Positions 55,635-64,000 of a DNA stretch of 64,000 nt are shown here, one piece after another; position 1 is the first letter of the stretch, and each line of letters begins with the position of its first letter. Origin of the DNA: a candidate division WWE3 bacterium RAAC2_WWE3_1 (GTDB taxonomy: Bacteria; Patescibacteriota; WWE3; UBA101185; UBA10185); contig CP006914.1 of assembly GCA_000503835.1 (NCBI GenBank), positions 785,680 through 849,679 on the forward strand, given 5' to 3'. A model generated the notes under the pieces. The model did not search any database. It was not told the origin of the DNA and saw only the letters and a program-made list of their open reading frames with translations. The position numbers were made by a program, and so were the translations under genes.

Positions 55635-57539
55635 TCAGTTCTTTCGGGTATCGAAATTAAATAACCTTAGACTGTTGGCCACCACCAGAACAGTCACCCC
55701 AACATCAGCAAAAATGGCTAAGGCTAAACTACTCTTTCCTACCAAAGCTAGTGCCAGGAAAATAGCTTTAACCGCAATTGCCGCACCGGTATTAATGCGG
55801 ATCGTACTACCCGATATTCTGCCTAATTTTACCAAGAAAGGAATGAGTCCGAGGTTATTGTTCATCAGGGCAATATCGGCATTCTCGACAGCAACTTCAG
55901 AACCGATCGCTCCCATGGCAATGCCAACCGAGGCAGTTGAAAGGGACGGGGCATCATTAACCCCATCACCGACCATGGCCACATCTTTATGTTTATTCAC
56001 TAAGTTTTTTAATTGAATGACTTTCTCATCCGGCAAGAGCTTGGCGTGGACTTCATCAATACCGACTTCCTTGGCAACGTAGCCGGCAGCTGACGGGTTG
56101 TCTCCGGTAAGGATGGCCGTTTTGACTTTTAATTTATGCAGTTCTCTGACAGCTGTAGAACTTTCCGGTCGTATCTCATCAACAATTCCTAAAATGCCTT
56201 TGAGTTTTTTGTCATCGCTTATGATAATGGCGGTTTTCCCTTCTTTTTCAAACCGTTCCACAATATCTACAGCCCGCTGATCTACCTTGTGCTCCTCCAT
56301 CACAAACTGCAGCGTGCCTATACAGTGGTGCTTATCAACACAGACCAGACATTCACCGGAAATACCTTTGCCTAAGATTGCCTTAAAGTTGGCATACTCG
56401 TGGACTTTGATATCGGGAAAACTTTTTGAACTTTCGACAATGCTTTTGGCAATCGGGTGTTCGGAGAAAGCTTCAGCTCCGGCCACACAGGCCAGAAGTT
56501 CACCTTTGGAGTACCCGTTTAAGGGAATGACGTCAGAGACTGCCGGCTCGCCTTTGGTGAGCGTTCTGGTTTTGTCAAAAGCAACAGCCTTAATTCTGCC
56601 CATCTCTTCCAAAAACTGGCCGCCTTTAATGAGGATCCCGCGTTTAGTGGCGTTGCCAATGGCGGAAAAGATTGTGATAGGGGTGGAGATAACCAATGCA
56701 CAGGGACAAGCGATTAAAAGAATCGTCAGGCTCTGGGCAAACCACGGAGTAAACGGTTGGGAAAGGAATACTACGGGGATAACCGTCAGTAAAGCCGCTA
56801 CAACCAAAACTCCCGGCGTATAGTAGGAAGCGAATTTTTCTATAAACTTAGCGGCCTGAGACTTCCGTTCTGCCGCCTGAAAGGTCAGATCCACGATTTT
56901 AGCCAGGGTAGTGTCTTTGGAAGTTTTGGTAACCTTAATTTCCAGATACCCCTGGCTGTTTAGCGTTCCGGCAAAAACCAGTTCCCCCATATATTTGTTT
57001 TTCGGCAACGGTTCTCCGGTGATGCTGCTTTCATCAACCAGCGACTCACCTTTTACCACCACCCCGTCCAGGGGAATATAATCCCCGGGTTTGACGACTA
57101 CGATATCGTTGACTGATATTTTCTCTATCGGCGTTTTGGTATCCTGCCCTTTAAGTAACGCAGTTTTAGGAGCTTTTTCAACTAGTTCCTCCAGAGCATT
57201 CTGGCTTCTCTCAATACCAAACTCTTCCATGGCCTCACTGACGGCAAACAGGACGATAATAATAACGGCTTCTTCCAGCTCGCCCAGATAGACGGCCCCA
57301 AAGGTAGCCACGGTCATGAGCAGATTGATATTGGAAAACCTGAGTCTGACCAGGCTTTGCAGGCCACCGATAATGACATCACGGCCGAAAAAGAAAATGA
57401 TAGCCGCAAACAACGGATACTCGACAAATTTAGGCAGATGAACCGAAAAAAGTGACAGGATTTCAAGAGGAATAATGAGAAGGAGAGTGGCTGCTAGCCG
57501 CTTAAACTTGGTTTCTTTGAAAATCTCTGAAATAAGCAT
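55635..57539 (-). CDS. P1B-type heavy-metal-translocating ATPase (CPC type) with no N-terminal HMA domain.
   Basis: ACPCALVISTP, DKTRTLT, GDGVNDAP and TGES-like motifs. Confidence 0.8.
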   Translation of the reverse strand: MLISEIFKETKFKRLAATLLLIIPLEILSLFSVHLPKFVEYPLFAAIIFFFGRDVIIGGLQSLVRLRFSNINLLMTVATFGAVYLGELEEAVIIIVLFAVSEAMEEFGIERSQNALEELVEKAPKTALLKGQDTKTPIEKISVNDIVVVKPGDYIPLDGVVVKGESLVDESSITGEPLPKNKYMGELVFAGTLNSQGYLEIKVTKTSKDTTLAKIVDLTFQAAERKSQAAKFIEKFASYYTPGVLVVAALLTVIPVVFLSQPFTPWFAQSLTILLIACPCALVISTPITIFSAIGNATKRGILIKGGQFLEEMGRIKAVAFDKTRTLTKGEPAVSDVIPLNGYSKGELLACVAGAEAFSEHPIAKSIVESSKSFPDIKVHEYANFKAILGKGISGECLVCVDKHHCIGTLQFVMEEHKVDQRAVDIVERFEKEGKTAIIISDDKKLKGILGIVDEIRPESSTAVRELHKLKVKTAILTGDNPSAAGYVAKEVGIDEVHAKLLPDEKVIQLKNLVNKHKDVAMVGDGVNDAPSLSTASVGIAMGAIGSEVAVENADIALMNNNLGLIPFLVKLGRISGSTIRINTGAAIAVKAIFLALALVGKSSLALAIFADVGVTVLVVANSLRLFNFDTRKN

Positions 57540-57580
57540 AGTTTTATTGTACCGCGAATTGGTTTCATAGGTCTAAACGT

Positions 57581-58066
57581 TTATTCTTGTTTAAGATCGC
57601 CGATAAAGAAACCTTTTAATAACTCATTAGCTTGGGCGGGATGTGGCCCTTTATTGTTGGTGGGGCGTTCGTTAAACAACGTCGAGGCATCTTTCCCGCA
57701 ACCTCGCACTATTGCCTTACCACCCGGATGTTTTGGGATGAACTCAGTCACGTTATACACTTTCCCTTCGATAGCCATCCAACAGTCTTTTTCTGAATTG
57801 TGCGTGACAACTTCAGCCAAGCTATATGTTTTCGCTTCTGTCGAAGGAGTGTCGGAAACCTGCGATTCTCCTGGAGAAGCTGCAGTAGGTGAATTCCGTA
57901 GGGAACTACCTTCAGGCTGCGGGAGAGATTTGGATGACTTATTGGAAAACAATAAAAACCCTCCGCCCAGAAGCAAAACACCGACCACTACGACACCAAT
58001 TATCATAGGACTCGTCGATTGTTTCGGTTGTTTATTTTGATTAACATTTTCGTCCATAAGTTCCAC
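57581..58066 (-). CDS. Membrane-anchored cytochrome b5-like heme-binding domain protein.
   Basis: Single TM, a Ser/Pro-rich linker, then EVVTHNSEKDCWMAIEGKVYNVTEFIPKHPGG (the b5 HPGG motif). Confidence 0.55.
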   Translation of the reverse strand: MELMDENVNQNKQPKQSTSPMIIGVVVVGVLLLGGGFLLFSNKSSKSLPQPEGSSLRNSPTAASPGESQVSDTPSTEAKTYSLAEVVTHNSEKDCWMAIEGKVYNVTEFIPKHPGGKAIVRGCGKDASTLFNERPTNNKGPHPAQANELLKGFFIGDLKQE

Positions 58067-58072
58067 CTCCTC

Positions 58073-58945
58073 CTATAAAATCTCTTTCGGTGCCGAAATA
58101 ACAGATGAGATGCTGTATTCATTGACAATAAATTGCTCACCATCGGAAGCACGTTTCACCATGTAATCGGATGCACCCTTGTAAAACTCGAGGGTTTCCA
58201 TCTTACCGTCGTATTCAACTGTAAAAACCAGACTGGTCTGTTTCGGATAAGTACTTTTACCTGTAACATCATAAAGAGATTGCGCGGTCAGGCTATTAAT
58301 TTGAGAAAGAATGGGGTCCATTTTATCTTTTCCGATTTCTTCATTTTTAGAGCCGCCTTTCCATTTATCTCCTTCTTTAGTGAGTATGGTTATCGAATTT
58401 CCTTCTCTGAAAGTAATTTTCGTGGCTTTGGTCTGATCAAAGGCAAGAATAGTTTTGTCATACCACTCGGAAGCAATTGAAGTAACTGATGGATTATTTT
58501 TAAGAAGGTAAACGGCAGGATCGCTATCGAACCGGGTATAAACCCCTGAAGCTGCGGATTTCCCGGTAAGCAAAGTGAGTTTGTTATCAAGCTTTATTTT
58601 AGTGGCCAAGTCGTCGGTCAGTTCTAATTCTTTGTGACGTTTGTCTGTCTGAGCAATCAGCTCAGGGGAAGTTGTGGGAAGCAGGGATGAGAGAAGACTG
58701 TTGATTTTAGCGGTATCCGCCTTTTTACCGTTTACTTTCCAGACGTCTCCCTCTTTCTTCAGTTGCACGGATCCGGAGGAATTACTGATTTCAATTGCAG
58801 AAACGGTCTGGGCGCTGATGTCTTTTGTTTTTTGGACATAGGCTGAGGTAGGTTGTGATAAAGAAGGCGCATACTGCTTAAAGACCAAAAGGCCTATCAA
58901 AACAATAAAAACTGCCAGTAGTAATTTTATATTTTTATTTGACAT
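58073..58945 (-). CDS. DUF4340-like accessory protein of a GldG-type ABC system.
   Basis: N-terminal TM; position immediately downstream of the GldF/G-like gene. Confidence 0.4.
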   Translation of the reverse strand: MSNKNIKLLLAVFIVLIGLLVFKQYAPSLSQPTSAYVQKTKDISAQTVSAIEISNSSGSVQLKKEGDVWKVNGKKADTAKINSLLSSLLPTTSPELIAQTDKRHKELELTDDLATKIKLDNKLTLLTGKSAASGVYTRFDSDPAVYLLKNNPSVTSIASEWYDKTILAFDQTKATKITFREGNSITILTKEGDKWKGGSKNEEIGKDKMDPILSQINSLTAQSLYDVTGKSTYPKQTSLVFTVEYDGKMETLEFYKGASDYMVKRASDGEQFIVNEYSISSVISAPKEIL

Positions 58946-61118
58946 AGGTTCTTTGCGTGAGTAATTTTCTGCGCCTCAGGTAATAAACGGCAAACCCGAT
59001 GACTACCACCGGAGGAATGAGTAAGTTTCCGTACTGGACAAACAAAATATCCGTAGGCGACTTAAACTCAAAGACTGCACGTCCGGAAGATTTACTCGGT
59101 ATTGCCGCCAGATCCTTGTCAGTAGCTAAATAATCGATGGTGTTTGACAGGAAGGCTACATTGTCGCGGTTATTCCCCAGGAACTGATCGTCAGCCAGAG
59201 TGTTTGAGCCTATCACAACCAGACGGGTGTCTCCTTTTTCTGCAAGTGCGGCAAGAGTCACTTCCTTAGCATTCGGCCGCAGGCTTCCCACTGCCTGCGG
59301 GGAAATATTGAAACTCCCTTCTGTTTTTCCCGCATTCGGACCGGTCGTAAGAAGCTTCTTCTGGGTTACTCCGTCTTTTGTCTCAAGCGTGACAGAGCTT
59401 GGCCAGCCTAAACTGATACTCTTAACCGTTGCCAGAGGTGAGAAATTGGTATCTGCCGGAAGAGCCCGCAACCAGTACGGGTACTGAGCCAGATAGCGCT
59501 GTCCACCCTGTCCTCCAAAAGCCAAGGTCTCTGAAAGCTGCAAATCATAAACCAGATCGGTATTCACGGTTATACCATAGTCTTTAAGTACCCCTAACAT
59601 CGGCGAAGTACTGACCTGGGCCGAAAGGGTCTGCTGGCTGACATTCACACCGCTGATCATCACCAGAGCTTTTCCGCCGCTACCGAGATACTCCTTAAGG
59701 GTGGCGGAAGCTGTACTTTGGTTTTGACTGCTACCGTCATCTATCACCAACAAAGCCGATAGATCTTTGACAGCTGACGCATCACCTTCAGAAATAGTCT
59801 TTACCTGGTATTGAGTAGAAAGGAACTCATTAAGCACTTGGTTTTGCGAGTATCCGCCTTGCATGATACCAATTGTTTGCTCCTTTTCGTTTGTTAGCTT
59901 TCTGATCCTGCGGGTTAACTGATATTCAAGATCCGAAGAATCCGACACAAAAGGAATGCTTTCGGTTTTGTCCCCGTAACGCACGGCAATTCCCAGAACC
60001 CCCGCCTGAACTTCGAATTTGCCTGATCCGACACTATTAAACTGTATCTCTCTGATTCCTGCCTGCTGGGCTTCTGAAGCTGCCTGGGGATTATCGGGAT
60101 AAACCACCTGGGTTTTTACATTACGGCTCAATTTCTCATAATCCTTGAGAAGATCAGTAATGTCGCGGGCGACCAGCTGGATCTGAGCGGGTAACTCACG
60201 GGATTGGTAAACCGTAATAGTGACTATGTCCGGCAGGTTCCTGATTGTCTGCTTGGTGCCTATCGACAAAGTGAAAAGTCTGGCCTGAGTAATATCCAGA
60301 CGGATCGGATATGATGACAACAAAATATTAGAGACAATACCGATGCCTGCGATAAGTCCGAATGCAAAATTCAGTTTTCTCTTTTCAGCGGGATTTTCAA
60401 CTGTCTTTCTTTCCGAAAGTTTAGTAACGGCAGCAGCCAGAAATAATCCGGTGATGGTGAGGAAGTAAAAGACATCACGGATGTCTAAAAGTCCCCGGGC
60501 AATGTTTTCTCCATGGGTTAATACTGACAACTCCGCCGCAATTCTGCTGAACGGAAAAGGCAGCATCTGGGTGACAAAGTCCAGTCCGATAATAATGAGT
60601 ACAAACCCGGTTGCAGCAGAAAGAAGAAAGCTGCTGATGGCGTTTTTAACGTAAGCAGAGGCAGCAATGCCGATGGATAAAAATGTAGCTCCGATAAAAA
60701 GCGCCCCGATATACTGTCCGGCAATCTGCCCAATATCAGGTCGGGAGTATGCAACCAGGGTCAGAGGTAAACCCATCGTTGTCAGTAGTATGATGACATA
60801 AAAAGAAAGCGCGCCGAAGAATTTCCCCAGGACAATTTCCAGTTCCGAGATCGGGTGGGCAAACAAAAGCTCCAGCGTCTCGGAGCGGTGCTCATCCGTC
60901 AGAAGTTTCATTGAGAGGGCCGGAGCTAAAAGCAGTAAAAACCAGGGCAAAAGTTCAAAGTAGGGCCGCAGACTTGCCTCGCCTCCGACTAAGGCGGTAC
61001 GGGTATAAATAAATATCGAAAGCAGCAAAAACGGTACGATCACCGTGTACGCCAAAGCGCTGTTGATGTAACCGAGAAATTCTTTTTTGGCAATTCTTTT
61101 AATCAGATTTAGTTTCAT
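58935..61118 (-). CDS. Fused ABC-2 permease (GldF-like) and GldG-like domain protein.
   Basis: N-terminal 6-TM ABC-2 domain, a large GldG-like extracytoplasmic region, and a C-terminal TM. Confidence 0.6.
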   Translation of the reverse strand: MKLNLIKRIAKKEFLGYINSALAYTVIVPFLLLSIFIYTRTALVGGEASLRPYFELLPWFLLLLAPALSMKLLTDEHRSETLELLFAHPISELEIVLGKFFGALSFYVIILLTTMGLPLTLVAYSRPDIGQIAGQYIGALFIGATFLSIGIAASAYVKNAISSFLLSAATGFVLIIIGLDFVTQMLPFPFSRIAAELSVLTHGENIARGLLDIRDVFYFLTITGLFLAAAVTKLSERKTVENPAEKRKLNFAFGLIAGIGIVSNILLSSYPIRLDITQARLFTLSIGTKQTIRNLPDIVTITVYQSRELPAQIQLVARDITDLLKDYEKLSRNVKTQVVYPDNPQAASEAQQAGIREIQFNSVGSGKFEVQAGVLGIAVRYGDKTESIPFVSDSSDLEYQLTRRIRKLTNEKEQTIGIMQGGYSQNQVLNEFLSTQYQVKTISEGDASAVKDLSALLVIDDGSSQNQSTASATLKEYLGSGGKALVMISGVNVSQQTLSAQVSTSPMLGVLKDYGITVNTDLVYDLQLSETLAFGGQGGQRYLAQYPYWLRALPADTNFSPLATVKSISLGWPSSVTLETKDGVTQKKLLTTGPNAGKTEGSFNISPQAVGSLRPNAKEVTLAALAEKGDTRLVVIGSNTLADDQFLGNNRDNVAFLSNTIDYLATDKDLAAIPSKSSGRAVFEFKSPTDILFVQYGNLLIPPVVVIGFAVYYLRRRKLLTQRTYVK

Positions 61119-61122
61119 AACT

Positions 61123-62031
61123 TTAATTACTGGTTAACTGGCTAAAGACATCTTCAATAGCCCGCTCTTTGGCCACGAGGGTCAAAAGCGTCCATTTATT
61201 TTTAACGGCCAATTTATAAAGCTTTTCCCGGATGTCCAGCTTCTTTTCAATTTCGACCACGAAATAATCCTTTTTGATTTCATGAACATCAATAACTCCG
61301 TCAACCTTTTTTAGAGTCGATAAAACATGGTTTCCCTTAACTTCTATTTCAACGGTTTGAGATGAGCTGCCCAGGCGGCGCAAATTATCCGGTGTTTCAT
61401 CAGCAACAATAGCGCCTTTATGGATAATAACCATCCGGTTTACGATTTTAGCCAGCTCACTTAAAACATGGGAAGAAATAATAACGGTGCGTTCTTTTCC
61501 TAAATCCCGAATGAGTGCGGCTATATCCTGGCGCTGATTGGGATCCAGCCCTTCGGTAGGTTCATCCAAAATCAGAATATCGGGTTTCGTCAGAATTGCC
61601 TGAGAAAGCCCGACCCGTTGGCGGTATCCTTTGGAAAGCTCAGAGATCGGACGGTAATACACCTCTGAAATTCCGCAGCGGTCAACCACAAAATCAATTG
61701 CTTCCTGCCGTTCACTTTTAGGAATCTCCTTCATGTCCGACCAAAATGATAGGTATTCCTCTACTGTCAGTTCTTCGTACAGCGGATTATTTTCAGGCAA
61801 AAAACCGATCCGTTTTTTGACAATACCGTCTGTTTCGATATTTGTCTCATCAATAACGACAGTACCCTTTGACGGAGGCAGTACTCCGGCAATCATCCGT
61901 AAGGTGGTTGTTTTGCCTGCGCCATTCGGGCCAAGAAGTCCGATGATTTCTCCCTGGTTAATTTTTAGATTGACATCGCTGACGACAAACTGTCTGTCAA
62001 ACCGTTTTGATAATTTTGTCAATGTAATCAT
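61123..62031 (-). CDS. ABC transporter ATP-binding protein (GldA-like).
   Basis: GLLGPNGAGKTT, LSKGYRQRVGLS, ILILDEPT. Confidence 0.8.
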   Translation of the reverse strand: MITLTKLSKRFDRQFVVSDVNLKINQGEIIGLLGPNGAGKTTTLRMIAGVLPPSKGTVVIDETNIETDGIVKKRIGFLPENNPLYEELTVEEYLSFWSDMKEIPKSERQEAIDFVVDRCGISEVYYRPISELSKGYRQRVGLSQAILTKPDILILDEPTEGLDPNQRQDIAALIRDLGKERTVIISSHVLSELAKIVNRMVIIHKGAIVADETPDNLRRLGSSSQTVEIEVKGNHVLSTLKKVDGVIDVHEIKKDYFVVEIEKKLDIREKLYKLAVKNKWTLLTLVAKERAIEDVFSQLTSN

Positions 62032-62037
62032 ATGTTT

Positions 62038-63165
62038 TTAATCACAATCTGTTCCTAATCCTCCGACACAATTTTCAGTCGGCGGTTTGCCCCGCTCAGG
62101 GCATTTTTCAGAGTAAATACATGCTCTGTCTGTGACTTCTGACAACTGTTTGTCAGAGACTTCAACAGTCGTAGTACTAAAACTCATAACAATTCTGTCC
62201 AGGTCCTTAAACTCATACCCTCTCCAATTACCGGTTTGTTTTTTTCCGTTTACGTACCAGCTCACCCCGGATGGCAGGTTTGCCTTCCAGGAGTCAATAA
62301 GCTGACCCAGGGTAACGCCGGTTTTATGTTTATGGATTACTTCTTCAGTATCTTTATGCGAGTGAATATCGGGGTCTTTTTCAAAATATTCCGGACGATC
62401 CTGAAGCAGCACCTTTTTCCCATTCACATATAAAGCAAGGTCTGCGTGTTCATGAACTTTTTCACCCGTTGATTGACCGGAGGGTTTTGGAGCTTTAAGA
62501 ATAGCCGCATTGATAAAGGTTTTGAAATCCTCCGGAGTTTTGGGATTGGGAATTTTGTCGCCATTGAGAAAAAAGGACGGTGTACCGGAAACGCCCAGTC
62601 TGGTACCCGAGTTTTTATCCCGTTCAACCCTGTCTTTTACTTCTTTTGAGGCCACATCCTTTTTAAATTGATCCATATTAAGCCCAAGTTGTCTTGCATA
62701 TTCTTCGAAAATCTTTGGGTCAGCGGCTGGTTTTTCGCCCCATTTTTTTTGTTCTTCAAATAACTTGTCATGCATCTCCCAGTACTTGCCCTGTCTGGCA
62801 GCGGCCTCAACAGCAAGGGCAGCCGGCAGACCATTTTTGTGTCCGGGGAGCGGGAAATAGCGATTGACAAAACGAACCTCGGTTTTGAATTCTTCTGCCA
62901 GTTGTTTTACCAGGGGATAATATGCACCGCAGGCTTCGCATTCAAAATCCAGATATTCAACCAGGGTTACTGAAGCTTCTTTGTTCCCTTTAATATAGTC
63001 ATCTGACACTACTTCAAGTAATTTTTTCTGTTCATCGGAAACGGGTGTGGAATTATTCGTGGTGGAGGATGATGAAGAGCCCATTTTGCTGGCGAAAAAT
63101 ACACCGCCCACCAAAACGACAACCGTAACGATCATTATTCCTAATACAAATTTGTCCTTAAACAT
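62038..63165 (-). CDS. DsbA-family thioredoxin-fold protein with a C-terminal Cys/His-rich extension.
   Basis: TM; a CEAC redox motif in canonical position; GVSGTPSFFLNG; extra C-terminal domain of about 150 aa. Confidence 0.6.
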   Translation of the reverse strand: MFKDKFVLGIMIVTVVVLVGGVFFASKMGSSSSSTTNNSTPVSDEQKKLLEVVSDDYIKGNKEASVTLVEYLDFECEACGAYYPLVKQLAEEFKTEVRFVNRYFPLPGHKNGLPAALAVEAAARQGKYWEMHDKLFEEQKKWGEKPAADPKIFEEYARQLGLNMDQFKKDVASKEVKDRVERDKNSGTRLGVSGTPSFFLNGDKIPNPKTPEDFKTFINAAILKAPKPSGQSTGEKVHEHADLALYVNGKKVLLQDRPEYFEKDPDIHSHKDTEEVIHKHKTGVTLGQLIDSWKANLPSGVSWYVNGKKQTGNWRGYEFKDLDRIVMSFSTTTVEVSDKQLSEVTDRACIYSEKCPERGKPPTENCVGGLGTDCD

Positions 63166-63211
63166 ATTTTGTTATTTTACTATGTTTTGTAGTAATTTTT
63201 AAACCCTTTAT

Positions 63212-63430
63212 TTATGAGGCGACTTTCACCTCATATTCCAGTGACTTTATAACTTCAATAATCTTTCCCAGGTTAACCACATTCGGATCGAAAGTGACAA
63301 CCGTTTTTTGCTTAGCGTAATTTGTGCTGGCTTCCCTGACACCCTTTAAGTCCTCCAGCTCAAAGTCAATATTCATGGCACAACTGGTGCAATGCATGCC
63401 GACAATTTTTAATGTTACCGTTTTCATCAT
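63212..63430 (-). CDS. copZ: Copper chaperone CopZ (HMA domain).
   Basis: LKIVGMHCTSCAMNI (MxCxxC). Confidence 0.75.
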   Translation of the reverse strand: MMKTVTLKIVGMHCTSCAMNIDFELEDLKGVREASTNYAKQKTVVTFDPNVVNLGKIIEVIKSLEYEVKVAS

Positions 63431-63435
63431 TTTTA

Positions 63436-63963
63436 TCAGATTACGTTAATGTTTCCTTTAAACATGCCCATACTGCACATAAAAGCAAGCGGACCGGGAG
63501 TTGTGGGAGCGGTAAATTCAATTGTGTCAGACTGGCCGATCGGCACAACTCTTTGCAGTCCCAGTTTAGGAATCGTAAGCGACTGAGCACAGCCGCCGCC
63601 ACCCTGGTTGACAACCGTAAACTTTACCTTTGAGCCGGCCTTGATATTTACAATTCCCGGATCCGTACTGTAACCGTTTCTGGTAATAAAAATTGTCGCT
63701 TCCTTAACCGCCATGGTGGTAGCACCGGCCACTCTTCCTTCATCACAGAAACTGATGGTGCAGTTAATGCCCGTTAAAATGCCGTCCAGGGTGAAACTGC
63801 TACCGCTAAGTGCTAATGCCCCATTAAAATTGTAAACGGCGACCAGAATAATTGCTCCGGCCGCAATCCGATTAAACGTTCCGCTTAAAGAACCGCCAAG
63901 TTTTCGGGCAGCGTAACCAAGCAGGAAGAATAAAGGAGACGTACCCAGCATAAAGACAAACAT
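63436..63963 (-). CDS. Membrane-anchored cupredoxin-like protein; the 5' end may lie beyond the ORF-track start.
   Basis: GSKVKFTVVNQGGGGCAQ...FMCSMGMFKG resembles a cupredoxin with Cys in place of the first His. Confidence 0.35.
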   Translation of the reverse strand: MFVFMLGTSPLFFLLGYAARKLGGSLSGTFNRIAAGAIILVAVYNFNGALALSGSSFTLDGILTGINCTISFCDEGRVAGATTMAVKEATIFITRNGYSTDPGIVNIKAGSKVKFTVVNQGGGGCAQSLTIPKLGLQRVVPIGQSDTIEFTAPTTPGPLAFMCSMGMFKGNINVI

Positions 63964-64000
63964 GGTTGTGGCTCCGGCAAGCGCGGATCCGGTTGAGATG

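Noticed and set aside
1-64000. CRISPR arrays, integrases, transposases and IS elements.
   Set aside because: No regularly spaced direct repeats and no recombinase or transposase-like ORFs were seen on reading. The only short repeats are those noted at 15916-16056 and 44690-44740.

Overview
This window reads as a chromosomal segment of a small-genome, moderately AT-rich bacterium. Gene content suggests Patescibacteria/CPR, but that is an inference. It is gene-dense; CDS coordinates follow the ORF track and start codons are only approximate. Most of it is housekeeping: an origin-type cluster rpmH-rnpA-yidD-yidC-jag-dnaN with no dnaA, plus miaB-miaA, mltG, ftsEX with an EnvC-like partner, tsaE/tsaB, truB, uppS, uppP, bcp and hflKC. 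Two RNA genes that the ORF track cannot show were found by eye. One is an RNase P RNA on the minus strand at about 15448-15779. The other is a tRNA-Pro(GGG) at 29386-29462, which is overlapped by an over-extended ORF. The more unusual content is as follows. (1) A minimal T4SS-like module at 2842-7347: a PrgI/VirB3-like protein with a roughly 450-aa extension, a separate VirB4 N-domain-like ORF, and a VirB4 ATPase. (2) Two proteins whose catalytic domains appear circularly permuted: the M23/LytM domain of the FtsEX partner, and a DsbA domain that sits next to VKOR. (3) A glycosylation plus disulfide cluster: epimerase, GT2, DsbA, VKOR and a GT-C enzyme. (4) An AT-rich accessory island at about 39.3-46.4 kb. 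It carries an HD (dNTPase-like motif) protein, ASCH, a nucleoside-deoxyribosyltransferase-like protein, a pol-beta nucleotidyltransferase, a single-HKD PLD nuclease, a small ORF coupled to an M23 peptidase, and an XRE regulator. This is a candidate conflict or defence island. (5) An SPFH cluster in which a cation-diffusion-facilitator-like membrane domain is fused to an HflK-like domain, directly upstream of hflK-hflC. (6) A metal/redox neighbourhood: a CPC P1B-ATPase, a SufS-like desulfurase, cytochrome b5-like, CopZ, a cupredoxin-like protein and several DsbA paralogs. (7) A Kam-family 16S rRNA m1A1408 methyltransferase-like gene. No CRISPR array, integrase or transposase was seen.
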